From Candidatus Latescibacterota bacterium (GTDB taxonomy: Bacteria > Latescibacterota > UBA2968 > UBA8231): a stretch of DNA of 64,000 nucleotides. Below the pieces are notes generated by a model that did not search any database, was not told the DNA's origin, and was given only the letters and a program-made list of their open reading frames with translations. Location: positions 256,001-320,000 of the forward strand of contig OZ220090.1 of NCBI GenBank assembly GCA_964291625.2. Reading direction: 5' to 3'. This document shows, piece by piece, positions 18,233 to 27,755 of this stretch (positions are counted from its first letter, which is position 1; each line of letters opens with the position of its first letter). A program made the position numbers and the translations under genes.

Positions 18233-19237
18233 ATGCTGACCGTCGGCCCAGGGCCCGACCCCTACTTCGCCTACAAGATCCACCACGTCGACCGGGCCCG
18301 GACCGCCTGGGTCCTCTCCGAGGAGTTCGGTCTCTACGAAGCGCTGCGGGACGGACCGGCGACGCCCGCGCAGGTCGGCCGGCGGATCGGCCTGCAGGAG
18401 AGGCCCGCGGCCGTGCTCCTTGCGGCCAACGCCTGTCTGGGCATTCTGGGCGTAGAGGACGACCGGTACTACATCTTCGACGTGATGCGCGAGATGGTCC
18501 TGGAGGGAGGCCGGGCCCGCACCGTGCCCCGGGCCCCGGACCCGGAGGACTGGTGGTACCGGATCATGAAGCAGGCGCTGCAGACCAACGCGACCGTGCC
18601 CGAGGCTCTGCCGGACTGGCTGACCAACCCCAAGGGCGACGAGGACACCACGGCGTTCGCCCCGGACCGGCACGGCTGGCGCCTCCTGTGGGGCCACTCG
18701 CTGGCCGAGGCCGTCGACTTCCGCCCCTACCGCACGGTGGCGGACCTGGGCGGGGCTACGGGCGGCGTGCTGGTGGGCCTGACCGAGCGCTGCCCGCACC
18801 TGCAGGGCATCGTCCTCGACCTGCCCTTCAGCCGCAAGACCGCCGAGGCGGCGATCCGCCAGAGCCAGGCGCAGGAGCGGGTCCGCTTCCACGGCGCGGA
18901 CTTCTTCCGCGATCCCTTCCCGGCGGGGGTCGACGTGTTCTACATGTCCCACGTGATCCACGACTGGGACGACGAACACTGCATCCGGCTGCTGCGCCGG
19001 TGTCACGAGGCGTTGCCCGCCGGTTCGCCGGTGCTGGTGCAGGAGTACCTCCTCAACGACGACAAGACCGCCGGTCTGATCGCCGTCTTTCAGTGGTTCG
19101 GTCTGATGTACGGGACGATCGGGGACCAGCGCACCGGTCCGGAGATCGAGGCGCTCATGGCCGAGGCCGGCTTCGGCGAGACCGAGTGCCGCCCCCTCGA
19201 CCACGAGCAGGGGATCGTCATCGGCTGGAAGCGATAG
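18233..19237 (+). CDS. O-methyltransferase (Methyltransf_2/ASMT-like) with N-terminal dimerisation domain
   Basis: VADLGGATG, GADFFRDPFP, SHVIHDWDD. Confidence 0.92.
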   Translation: MLTVGPGPDPYFAYKIHHVDRARTAWVLSEEFGLYEALRDGPATPAQVGRRIGLQERPAAVLLAANACLGILGVEDDRYYIFDVMREMVLEGGRARTVPRAPDPEDWWYRIMKQALQTNATVPEALPDWLTNPKGDEDTTAFAPDRHGWRLLWGHSLAEAVDFRPYRTVADLGGATGGVLVGLTERCPHLQGIVLDLPFSRKTAEAAIRQSQAQERVRFHGADFFRDPFPAGVDVFYMSHVIHDWDDEHCIRLLRRCHEALPAGSPVLVQEYLLNDDKTAGLIAVFQWFGLMYGTIGDQRTGPEIEALMAEAGFGETECRPLDHEQGIVIGWKR

Positions 19238-19247
19238 GTCCGGACCG

Positions 19248-20252
19248 GTGATACGGATCGAGGGACTCACCAAGCGGTTCAGGAGGAACGTGGGCGACCC
19301 CGCCCTCTGGCGCAGGATCGTCGGGCGCTACGAGACCGTGCCGGTCGTCGCCATCGACGCCCTCGATCTGCGCGTCGACCAGGGCCAGTTCTTCAGCCTC
19401 CTGGGGCCCAACGGGGCCGGCAAGACCAGCACCGTCCGGGTCCTGTGCACGCTGCTGCTTCCGGACGAGGGCAGCTGCCGGGTCGCCGGCTTCGACGTGG
19501 CCACCCAGCAGCGGGAGGTGCGCCGCAACATCGGCGTGTCGATCCGGGGGGAGCGCAGCGTCTACTGGAAGATCACCGGCCGTCAGAACCTGCGGTACTT
19601 CGCCGGCCTCTACGGGATGCGCGGGCAGGAGGTGTCGCGCCGGATCGGGGAGGTGACGGAGCTGGTGGGCCTGACCGGGCGCATCGACGACTACGTGGAG
19701 CGCTACTCCATGGGCATGAAGCAGCGGCTGGCCATCGCCGTGTCGCTGCTGCACCGGCCGCCGGTGCTGCTCCTCGACGAACCGACGATCGGTCTGGACC
19801 CCAACGGCGCCAGGGCCCTGCGCGGCCTGTTGCGCGGCCTCTGCAAGGAAGAGGGCGTGACCATCTTCTACACGACCCACTACCTCCACGAGGCCGAGGA
19901 ACTGTCGGATCGCCTGGCGATCATCCACGAGGGCCGGAAGGTCCTCGAGGGATCCCCCGACGAGGTGCGCAGCGCCCTGGGCGACAACCGCATCGTCGAG
20001 GTGCAGCTGGCGCCCGGCGCCGAGACCTCGGTGGACTCGCTGCGGAACCACGCCATGGTGGAGAAGGTGATCTCGGAGAGCCGCCAGCCGACGGTGACCA
20101 CCGTGCGCCTGGAGATGCGGGAGGCGGTCGGCTCGGTGGTCGAGCTGGCCGCCATCGAAGGGTTGACCGCCAGCCGGGTCCTGGGCATGAACCTCGTGCG
20201 GCCGACCCTCGAGGACGTCTTCGCATCGGTGACCGGGGAGGCCAGCCGGTGA
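19248..20252 (+). CDS. ABC exporter ATP-binding protein (DrrA-like)
   Basis: Walker A GPNGAGKT, signature YSMGMKQR, Walker B LLLDEPT, H-loop TTH. Confidence 0.96.
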   Translation: MIRIEGLTKRFRRNVGDPALWRRIVGRYETVPVVAIDALDLRVDQGQFFSLLGPNGAGKTSTVRVLCTLLLPDEGSCRVAGFDVATQQREVRRNIGVSIRGERSVYWKITGRQNLRYFAGLYGMRGQEVSRRIGEVTELVGLTGRIDDYVERYSMGMKQRLAIAVSLLHRPPVLLLDEPTIGLDPNGARALRGLLRGLCKEEGVTIFYTTHYLHEAEELSDRLAIIHEGRKVLEGSPDEVRSALGDNRIVEVQLAPGAETSVDSLRNHAMVEKVISESRQPTVTTVRLEMREAVGSVVELAAIEGLTASRVLGMNLVRPTLEDVFASVTGEASR

Positions 20253-21112
20253 GCGGGGATCGCCACGCCCTGCCCGGCCGCGTCTCGTGGTATCTCCACG
20301 ACGCGGCCGCCACCGCGCAGCGCATGGTGCTGCGGATGCGGCGCTATCCCAGCTGGCTCCTCAATCTGGGACTCGGTCCAATCCTGATGATCCTGCCCTT
20401 CGTCTTTCTCGGTGAGACGCTCGTGGGCGAGGAGGGATCGCTGTCGGGATCGGCCTTCGGCGACTACGACTACACGGGGTACGTCGGCTACCTGGCCGTG
20501 CCCCTGATCGCCGTGGCCCTGTCGAACACGGTCTTCAGCTGGCTCGGGAATCTGCTGAGAATGGAGCGCCGCGCGGGCACCCTCGAGCGCGTGCTGGTGT
20601 CGGCGCGGTTCCCGTCCGCTCTCTTCCTGGGCACCGCCCTCGGCCACCTGTTCTACATGGGGCTCTTCGTGGCCGCCACCGTCCTGCTGCTGCAGATCTG
20701 GATCCCTCTCGACTTCCACATCGCCTGGGCGTCGGCGGCGGCGGCCATCTTCCTCCACCTGGCGGTCACCTACGGGCTCGCCTTCGCCCTGTCCAGCGCC
20801 CTGCTGCGGATCGCCGACAGCTGGGCGGTTCAGCTGGTGATCTCGAAAGGCGTTCTGGCGCTCCTGTCGGGCGCCACCTTCCCCATCGCGATCTATCCCG
20901 AGTGGCTGCAGACGATCGCCCGCATGGTGCCCTTCACCTGGGCCTTCGATCTCGAGCGCCGGTCCCTGCTGCGGGCGGAGCCCTTCGGCGAGATGGCGCC
21001 GGACCTGGCGGTGCTGGCCGGCATGACCGTGCTCTGCTGGGTCGCCGGCTTCGTCTTCCTGGGCCGGGAGCTGAACGCCGCGCGCCGGACCGGCGTCCTG
21101 GGGAGCTTCTGA
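20249..21112 (+). CDS. ABC-2 exporter permease
   Basis: GTG start overlaps the ATPase stop; ERRAGTLE, LSGATFPI, PEWLQ motifs. Confidence 0.9.
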   Translation: MSGDRHALPGRVSWYLHDAAATAQRMVLRMRRYPSWLLNLGLGPILMILPFVFLGETLVGEEGSLSGSAFGDYDYTGYVGYLAVPLIAVALSNTVFSWLGNLLRMERRAGTLERVLVSARFPSALFLGTALGHLFYMGLFVAATVLLLQIWIPLDFHIAWASAAAAIFLHLAVTYGLAFALSSALLRIADSWAVQLVISKGVLALLSGATFPIAIYPEWLQTIARMVPFTWAFDLERRSLLRAEPFGEMAPDLAVLAGMTVLCWVAGFVFLGRELNAARRTGVLGSF

Positions 21113-21113
21113 A

Positions 21114-21992
21114 GTGCCCGCGGCCATCCTCTCTTCCGCAGGCGCGCGACAGGAGCTCCGCGCCCTCTTCCTGGCGACCCTGCACCAGCTCCTGGTCGAG
21201 AGCCGCTACCGCGTCAAGTTCACCATCGATCTCCTCGGCCATCTCCTGGCGACGCTGCCCATCATCCTCACGGCCTGGGCCTTCTCCGACGGCCGCGCTT
21301 CCGAACGGCTGGCGGAGCTCACCGGCCTGCCGGATCAGTTCACCTTCATGATGCTCGGCCTGGTCGCCTTCACGGCCCTGGGCATCGGCAACATGGTCCT
21401 CCTCGAGACCCACGTCGCCGGCGGCCTGGCCACCGAGATGATGACCGGCACCCTGGAGCGGCTGTTCACCATGCCCGTCCATCGCCTCAGCCTGGTCCTG
21501 GGGATCGGCCTCTACTACCTGGTCCTGTTCTGCTGGCAGTCGATCACCCTCTTCGCCGGGGCGGCCCTGCTCGTCGGGTTCGAGCCCGCGCTGACCGCCA
21601 CCGGTCTGCTCCAGGCGGGGCTGGCCCTGGCCCTGCTGCTGGCGCTGAACCTGTTCCTGGGAATCGCGGCGGCCGGCCTCGTCATGGCCTTCAAGGACCA
21701 CACCGTCTCCGTCCTGCTATTTCACCGCCCCATGGCCATGGTGAGCGGCGCCTACTTCCTTGTCGAGCTGATCCCGAATCCCTTCAAGTGGCTGGCCTGG
21801 GCGAACCCCGTCGCCTACGCCATCGACCTCTTCCGCGGCACCCTCACCGGAACGACGCTCCTGGCCCCATCGGTGGAGGCGGGGATGGCCATCGTCGCCG
21901 GCATGGTGGCGGGCGTCGGCCTCGTCTCCGTGCTCCTCTTCCGCCGCATGATCGTCAGGCTCGAACGGACGGGCTCGCTGGCCCTGTTCTGA
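21114..21992 (+). CDS. ABC-2 exporter permease
   Basis: EMMTGTLE, SGAYF, NPVAYAIDLFR. Confidence 0.9.
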   Translation: MPAAILSSAGARQELRALFLATLHQLLVESRYRVKFTIDLLGHLLATLPIILTAWAFSDGRASERLAELTGLPDQFTFMMLGLVAFTALGIGNMVLLETHVAGGLATEMMTGTLERLFTMPVHRLSLVLGIGLYYLVLFCWQSITLFAGAALLVGFEPALTATGLLQAGLALALLLALNLFLGIAAAGLVMAFKDHTVSVLLFHRPMAMVSGAYFLVELIPNPFKWLAWANPVAYAIDLFRGTLTGTTLLAPSVEAGMAIVAGMVAGVGLVSVLLFRRMIVRLERTGSLALF

Positions 21993-22009
21993 GATCGGAC
22001 CGCGACGGA

Positions 22010-22417
22010 GTGACGGCACTCCATCACCTGAGACTCAACGTCTCCGACCTCTCCCGTTCGAGAGCCTTCTACGGGCCCATGCTGCGGTGGCTCGGATTTC
22101 ACGAGCTCGATCCACACTCGGCGGCGGACGGAGGCGTCGATCGTTACAGGTGGGAGAATGAGGGCTTCGTCTTCCTGTTGAGTCAGGCAGAATCAAGATC
22201 AAGGCACGACCGAACTGCCGTGGGCCTGCACCATCTGGCGTTTGCCGTGCCCAGTCGCGGCCATGTGGACGGCTTCTACCGGGAGATACTCCTCGAGCTC
22301 CCCGATGCGGTGATCGAGGATCCCCCGGTGGACTGTCCCGAGTACAGGGCCGGCTACTACGCCACGTACTTTCTCGACCCTGACGGGATCAAGCTGGAAG
22401 TCGCCTATACCCCGTGA
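22010..22417 (+). CDS. VOC/glyoxalase family protein
   Basis: LHHLRLNVSDLSRSRAFY, GLHHLAF, FLDPDGIKLEV. Confidence 0.9.
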   Translation: MTALHHLRLNVSDLSRSRAFYGPMLRWLGFHELDPHSAADGGVDRYRWENEGFVFLLSQAESRSRHDRTAVGLHHLAFAVPSRGHVDGFYREILLELPDAVIEDPPVDCPEYRAGYYATYFLDPDGIKLEVAYTP

Positions 22418-22431
22418 AGCGTGAGGTCTCC

Positions 22432-22776
22432 ATGAGCATCAAGCGGTATCCCGGAAAGGCGGTAGGCCGAAGCGAGTCGGTCGAGCATGGTGGCATCGTC
22501 TACACCGCCGTCATTGCGCCCGACTTGTCGTTGGACCTCAAGGGTCAGACCGAGCAGGCTCTGGAGCAGCTGGACAGGAACCTCGCCGAGGCCGGGACCG
22601 ATCGGACCCGCCTGCTCTCCGTGACCGTCTACCTGACCGACATCGCGAAGAAGCCGGTTCTCAATCAGGTGTGGGACGCCTGGATCGGTGGGGAGAACTG
22701 GCCGCAACGAGCCTGCGTGCAGGTCAGGCTCGAAGGCGATACCGAGGTCGAGATCGTCGCCGTGGCGGCGAAGTAG
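22432..22776 (+). CDS. RidA/YjgF family protein (YoaB-like)
   Basis: QTEQAL, LLSVTVYLTDI, NQVWDAW, PQRACVQ, VEIVAVAA. Confidence 0.92.
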   Translation: MSIKRYPGKAVGRSESVEHGGIVYTAVIAPDLSLDLKGQTEQALEQLDRNLAEAGTDRTRLLSVTVYLTDIAKKPVLNQVWDAWIGGENWPQRACVQVRLEGDTEVEIVAVAAK

Positions 22777-22966
22777 CGGCGGGACCAGAGAGAGGGGAGG
22801 GCTCCGAACCTCCGACGGTTGCTCCGGCCGCCCGGCCGCCGCACCTTCCCCTGCATGTGCCGCTTAGGCGCCGCAGGGTCCAAGCCCCGGGGTGCGCAGC
22901 AGATGCGCCTGGCGAACGGCGTGTGCGCCTTCGTGGCGGAGTCGCCCTGAACACGGGGTCTGCACC

Positions 22967-25900
22967 GTGCGGACTCGAGCAATCGCCCTGACTCTCCTCC
23001 TGTCGACTCAGTCCGCCACGGGGGCCCCCTTGCCCCTGGGCTACTGGCTGCTGGTTCAGCCGGACGGAACCAGCTTTACGGTGCGCAAATGGGCGGACGA
23101 ATTCGGGCGCTACCAGGCAGCCCTGGAAGACCACGGGTATGTAGTCCAGGATTCGAGCACCGGGTACCACTACTACGCCCGCTACCACTACGATGAATCC
23201 CGGCACCGTCTGGTCAGGACCCCGACCTCGCTGCGCGTCGGCCGCGACGATGCTTCCGGCGACAGGAGGCGAGTCGAATCCGCAAACCTGTCGGCATTCG
23301 GGGCAATACGCTGGAGAAGCTGGCATGGGAGTGAGGCCGGCGAGGGGCTGGGAACAGGCCAGGATCCCGCCGAGTCGTGCGCCAACGGTCTCGCCGTGCC
23401 GGATCCGGAAACCAACGGTGGCCTGCTGAAGGACTGCGAAGCGCTCCTGGCCGCAGCCGATACCCTCGCCGGGGCCAGGCCCTTCACCTTGAACTGGGGC
23501 CCGGACATACCGGTCAGCGAGTGGACAGGAGTCACGGTAAGCCATGGACGGGTCACGGGGTTGGACCTGCGGGGCTGGTACCTGATGGGTTCGATTCCGC
23601 CCGAGTTGGCCCGACTGGGGGAGTTGAAGGAGTTGTCCCTCGGCTACAACGCGCTGACCGGTGCGATTCCGCCCGAGTTGGGTGAGTTGCCCCACCTGGA
23701 GAGCCTGTCCCTCAACCGCAACGCCTTGAGCGGTGAGATTCCCCCGGAGCTGGCTCGACTGACACGCCTCAGGACGCTGGACCTCGAACTCAACGCGCTG
23801 ACCGGATCGATTCCGCCCGAGTTGGGTCGGCTCAAAGAGCTGAAGTGGCTTCTCCTCGGATACAATGAGCTGACCGGTGAGATCCCGGAGGAGTTGGGCA
23901 AACTCGTCGGCCTGGAAGGTCTGCTTCTCAACGACAACGATCTGACCAGTCCCATACCTCCCGAGCTCGGCCAGTTGGTCGGCCTGGAAAGACTGGCCCT
24001 CCATGGCAACGCCCTGTCGGGGCGGATACCCCAGGAGTTGGGGGGACTGACTCACCTGAAGCGGTTGCTGCTCAACGACAACTCTCTGACGGGGTCGATC
24101 CCGAGGACGTTGGGCGAATTGACAGGACTGGTGAAGCTGAGTCTGGACTCCAACCAGCTCACCGGTGCGATTCCCCCGGAACTGGGCCGGCTCGTCGAGC
24201 TGGAAGAGCTGTGGCTCGGTGACAATTCGCTCTCCGGCTCGATTCCCCCGGACTTGGGCGCGTTGATGCGGCTCAGGGGATTCAGCCTTCACAACAACAT
24301 GGTTTCGGGATCGGTTCCCTCCTGGCTGGCTCAACTCGAAGATCTCCAAGTGCTCATCCTCGGCCACAACGCGCTGGCCGGCGGGATCCCACCGGAGCTG
24401 GGCGAGCTGGCCCATCTGAAGGGCCTGTGTCTGCAGGGAAATGAGCTGACGGGTGCGATTCCGTCCATGCTGGGCCAGTTGACAGGCTTGGGGGACTTGT
24501 CTCTGGAGGACAACGCTCTGACGGGGCCGATTCCGCCCGAGTTGGGAAGACTGACGCTGCTGCGGTCCTTGGATCTGTCGGGCAACGCGTTGACAGGGCC
24601 GATTCCACGGGAACTGGGCCAGTTGCAGGGGCTCTGGCAGATGGACCTCCGCAACAACGGGCTGACTGGCACGGTACCATCCGATCTGGGCTGGTTGGCA
24701 CACCTCAAGGATGTCTGGCTTGGCGGCAACGCATTGACGGGATGCGTACCGGTGGGATTGGCCAAGTGGATCGACGAGTTGCCGGTCTGTCCGGAAGATC
24801 CGGAACTGTGTGGCAATGGCATCGCTGTGCCGGACCCGGCGGAGAATCCCGGTCTGGTGGCCGATTGCGAGGTGCTTCTGGCGCTACGCGATTGGTTTGC
24901 CGGTTCGAAGGCTCTCAGTTGGAGCGGGTACCTGCCAATCCATGAGTGGGAAGGTGTCAGGCTCGACGACTCTCGCGTCACGGAGTTGAAGCTCGGTGGC
25001 AGGGGAGTGACCGGCCCCATCCCCTCCGAATTGAGCGAGTTGACACAACTCAGGAGCCTGGCCCTGCCGCGCAACAAGCTGACCGATCCAATACCGCCCG
25101 AGTTGGGTGAGTTGATCCACCTGAAGGAGCTGTCCCTCCACGTCAACGCATTGAGCGGTGAGATGCCCCTGGAGCTGGCTGAACTCACCCAACTCGAGGA
25201 GTTGTCCCTCTCTTCCAACGAGTTGGTCGGATCGATACCGTCGGAACTGGGTCGATTGACAGAACTGGGGGTTTTGTACCTCAGCGACAACCAGCTGACA
25301 GGATCCATCCCGGCAGAGCTGGGGGAACTGACTCAGCTGAGGAGGCTGTACCTCCGGGAGAACCAGTTGACGGGTCGGATTCCGGAAGAGTTGGGCGAAT
25401 TGGTCCAGGTCAGCGTACTCGACCTCTCCAGCAACCGGCTGGCCGGGACGATTCCTCCGGAGATGGGCCAGTTGAGGAAGCTCAAGGTCCTGCATCTGCA
25501 GAAGAATCAGCTCGCGGGATCGATCCCGTCGGAGTTGGGCCATTTGACAGAGCTTCGGGAGTTGTACCTCAGCGATAACCAGCTGACAGGGCCCATCCCG
25601 GCAGAGCTGGGGGAACTGGCTCAGTTGAGGTGGTTCCACCTTCAGGACAACCGGTTGACTGGGTCGATCCCTTCGGAGTTTGGCGGGTTGATGGGGCTCG
25701 AGAATCTGCACCTCAGCGGCAACCAGTTGACGGGGCCGATCCCCCCGGAGTTGGGCCAATTGACGGGGCTCTATCGGTTGCAGCTCGAGGAAAACAGCTT
25801 GACGGGCCGGATTCCTCCGGAGTTGGGCGGGTTGACGAGGCTCTGGGAGTTGCACCTGCATGGCAATCTGCTGACCGGTCCAATCCCGGCCGAACTGGCA

Positions 25901-26521
25901 CAACTGAGGGTCAGGGGTCTGTACCTCCACGACAACAGCCTGACCTGCATACCGGAGATCCTGGCAAGTGCCCAGGGCCGGATGGATCTTCGGCTGGACG
26001 ACCTTCCCCTCTGTGCGACGGCAACCGATTCGACCGCGGCGGCCGATTTCGACGGCGACGGCGTGGTCGGTCTCTCGGACTTCTCTCTCTTTGCCGAGGC
26101 CTTCGGCGGCAGCGATCCCCGCTTCGACCTCGATGACAGCGGGGTGGTTGACTTCGCCGATTTCTTCCTGTTTGCAGAGAGCTTCGGAGAGCCGGCACGG
26201 GACAAGCTGCTGGCGCTGGCCAGGGAGATGATCGGGCTCCCCGAGGGTCCCGAGAGGCTCCGGAATGCGCCCAATCCGTTCAACGGCGGGACCGTCCTCT
26301 CGTACTTCCTCTTCGACTCGGGACCGGTGCGGCTGCGGATCTACAATGCCCTGGGCCAGCCGGCGCGCACCTTGGTGGACGGGTTCCAGGCAGCTGACTC
26401 CCACCAGGTCTACTGGGACGGCCGGGATCAGCGGGGCGATGCGGTGGCGGCAGGGGTGTACATCGCCCGCCTCAGTTACCCGGGCGGGGTGCTGACGCGG
26501 CGCCTGCTCCACGTCAAGTAG
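22967..26521 (+). CDS. Secreted leucine-rich repeat protein (about 31 plant-type 24-aa LRRs) with C-terminal dockerin/EF-hand and FlgD-Ig-like tail
   Basis: Two blocks (about 17 and 14 repeats) of LxxLxLxxNxLTGxIPxELG, each preceded by a CxNGxAVPDP...DCE cap. DFDGDGVVGLSDF pair and NAPNPFN...AAGVY tail. Signal-like N-terminus; start uncertain. Confidence 0.92.
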   Translation: MRTRAIALTLLLSTQSATGAPLPLGYWLLVQPDGTSFTVRKWADEFGRYQAALEDHGYVVQDSSTGYHYYARYHYDESRHRLVRTPTSLRVGRDDASGDRRRVESANLSAFGAIRWRSWHGSEAGEGLGTGQDPAESCANGLAVPDPETNGGLLKDCEALLAAADTLAGARPFTLNWGPDIPVSEWTGVTVSHGRVTGLDLRGWYLMGSIPPELARLGELKELSLGYNALTGAIPPELGELPHLESLSLNRNALSGEIPPELARLTRLRTLDLELNALTGSIPPELGRLKELKWLLLGYNELTGEIPEELGKLVGLEGLLLNDNDLTSPIPPELGQLVGLERLALHGNALSGRIPQELGGLTHLKRLLLNDNSLTGSIPRTLGELTGLVKLSLDSNQLTGAIPPELGRLVELEELWLGDNSLSGSIPPDLGALMRLRGFSLHNNMVSGSVPSWLAQLEDLQVLILGHNALAGGIPPELGELAHLKGLCLQGNELTGAIPSMLGQLTGLGDLSLEDNALTGPIPPELGRLTLLRSLDLSGNALTGPIPRELGQLQGLWQMDLRNNGLTGTVPSDLGWLAHLKDVWLGGNALTGCVPVGLAKWIDELPVCPEDPELCGNGIAVPDPAENPGLVADCEVLLALRDWFAGSKALSWSGYLPIHEWEGVRLDDSRVTELKLGGRGVTGPIPSELSELTQLRSLALPRNKLTDPIPPELGELIHLKELSLHVNALSGEMPLELAELTQLEELSLSSNELVGSIPSELGRLTELGVLYLSDNQLTGSIPAELGELTQLRRLYLRENQLTGRIPEELGELVQVSVLDLSSNRLAGTIPPEMGQLRKLKVLHLQKNQLAGSIPSELGHLTELRELYLSDNQLTGPIPAELGELAQLRWFHLQDNRLTGSIPSEFGGLMGLENLHLSGNQLTGPIPPELGQLTGLYRLQLEENSLTGRIPPELGGLTRLWELHLHGNLLTGPIPAELAQLRVRGLYLHDNSLTCIPEILASAQGRMDLRLDDLPLCATATDSTAAADFDGDGVVGLSDFSLFAEAFGGSDPRFDLDDSGVVDFADFFLFAESFGEPARDKLLALAREMIGLPEGPERLRNAPNPFNGGTVLSYFLFDSGPVRLRIYNALGQPARTLVDGFQAADSHQVYWDGRDQRGDAVAAGVYIARLSYPGGVLTRRLLHVK

Positions 26522-26542
26522 GGGACGGACTCGCGAAGCGAG

Positions 26543-26632
26543 GCCTTCGAACCCGGAGTCGGTGCCGACGCACGGCGGCGCGAGCGACGTGCCCGACCAC
26601 CACCATCGACTCGCCCGGAGAACCGGGGATCC
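26543..26632 (-). pseudogene. Deletion-collapsed copy of the lipoprotein gene at 27756-28604
   Basis: Three short segments match 27918-27945, 28048-28080 and 28185-28207 in the same order. Confidence 0.75.
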
Positions 26633-26638
26633 CCTGGC

Positions 26639-27745
26639 TCATTCGGCAACCCCGATCCACGCGGACCCGTAGTCGTTCCCGGGGTCTCGATACACGCTGT
26701 GCACGTGATCCACGGGGTCCTCGCCGTTCTGGGGCGAGTACTCGAGCACCAGGGACGGGCCGGTGACACGGAAGTACGCGGCGCCCGGCACACCCTGCGG
26801 TCCCCACCAACCGAAGTATGTGTCGTCGATCTCGGCCGTCACGGTCTCCATCTTCGCGGCATGGTCGTCATCGTTCATGAAGCCCAACCGCGCCGTGATC
26901 ACGCCGAGGAGCAGCTCTCTCTGGGCGTCCGTCAGATCGCTGCCCTTGATGCCTTCCCGTTCGACGACTCTCCCATGCTGCCCGGGCCCGAGCAACAGGT
27001 CGATGGCTCGATCTCCGCGTATGGCCAGTCTTCTCTGGTCCTCCGTGAGGCTGTCCATGAAGCTCTGCGCGGCGGCCGCTTCCTCATGGGTGATGAAGAT
27101 CTCCTCCCCCTTGTGGCTCACGTGTAGTGGCTGGCCGCCGGTGAGCATCGGCGAGAAGGAAACCCTCGGGCCGAAGACGGTGGCGTTGATCGCGAGGTGG
27201 TGACCGCCGAACTGAAACATCCAGGGCTCTGTCGTCGAAGGCGCACCAAGAAAGGCAAAGCAGAAGAACTCGCCGCCGTACTTCATGAGGCCCAACCGGT
27301 CGCCTGGGACCAGCGTCTCTTCGGCAGCCAGTTGATGGACGACATTCCTGACGCCCTCCTCGCTCAGGATCTCGGCGAGGAGCTTCTCCAGATTCGCCCG
27401 CTGCGAGTCAGAGAGTGCACCGAGCTGCAGGCCACCTCGCGGAACCATGCTCTCGGGAAAGTTGGACCAGTTCGAACGCTGGGCGTTGTCGGCAAACGCG
27501 TAGGTTGCTGCTTCTCTCTGGTCGTCGTTCAGCGACCCGAGGAGGTGAGTCGCGGCCCCCACGATAGCCACGGTCTTCTCGTCCGCGGGGGGCACGCGGT
27601 ACGAGCCTTTGAGCGCGATCTCTACGGGCGAGGGATCCACTCCAAAGAACATCCGCGCCCCGGTAGCGGGATTCAGAAGCAGGTAGAGACAGGCTGCCGC
27701 AACCAGGACGACCACCCCGAGAATGCAGATCAAGACGCGCTTCAT
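26639..27745 (-). CDS. DUF3500 domain protein with N-terminal membrane anchor
   Basis: WSNFP...RGGL, PWMFQFGGHHLAIN, YFRVTGP, HVHSVYRDPGNDYG. Confidence 0.88.
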   Translation of the reverse strand: MKRVLICILGVVVLVAAACLYLLLNPATGARMFFGVDPSPVEIALKGSYRVPPADEKTVAIVGAATHLLGSLNDDQREAATYAFADNAQRSNWSNFPESMVPRGGLQLGALSDSQRANLEKLLAEILSEEGVRNVVHQLAAEETLVPGDRLGLMKYGGEFFCFAFLGAPSTTEPWMFQFGGHHLAINATVFGPRVSFSPMLTGGQPLHVSHKGEEIFITHEEAAAAQSFMDSLTEDQRRLAIRGDRAIDLLLGPGQHGRVVEREGIKGSDLTDAQRELLLGVITARLGFMNDDDHAAKMETVTAEIDDTYFGWWGPQGVPGAAYFRVTGPSLVLEYSPQNGEDPVDHVHSVYRDPGNDYGSAWIGVAE

Positions 27746-27755
27746 GCGATTCAGA

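Noticed and set aside
23551-25965. 72-bp periodic repeats as a possible CRISPR array or DGR-type repeat
   Set aside because: They are degenerate coding LRR units. There are no identical repeats with unique spacers and no cas or reverse transcriptase gene.
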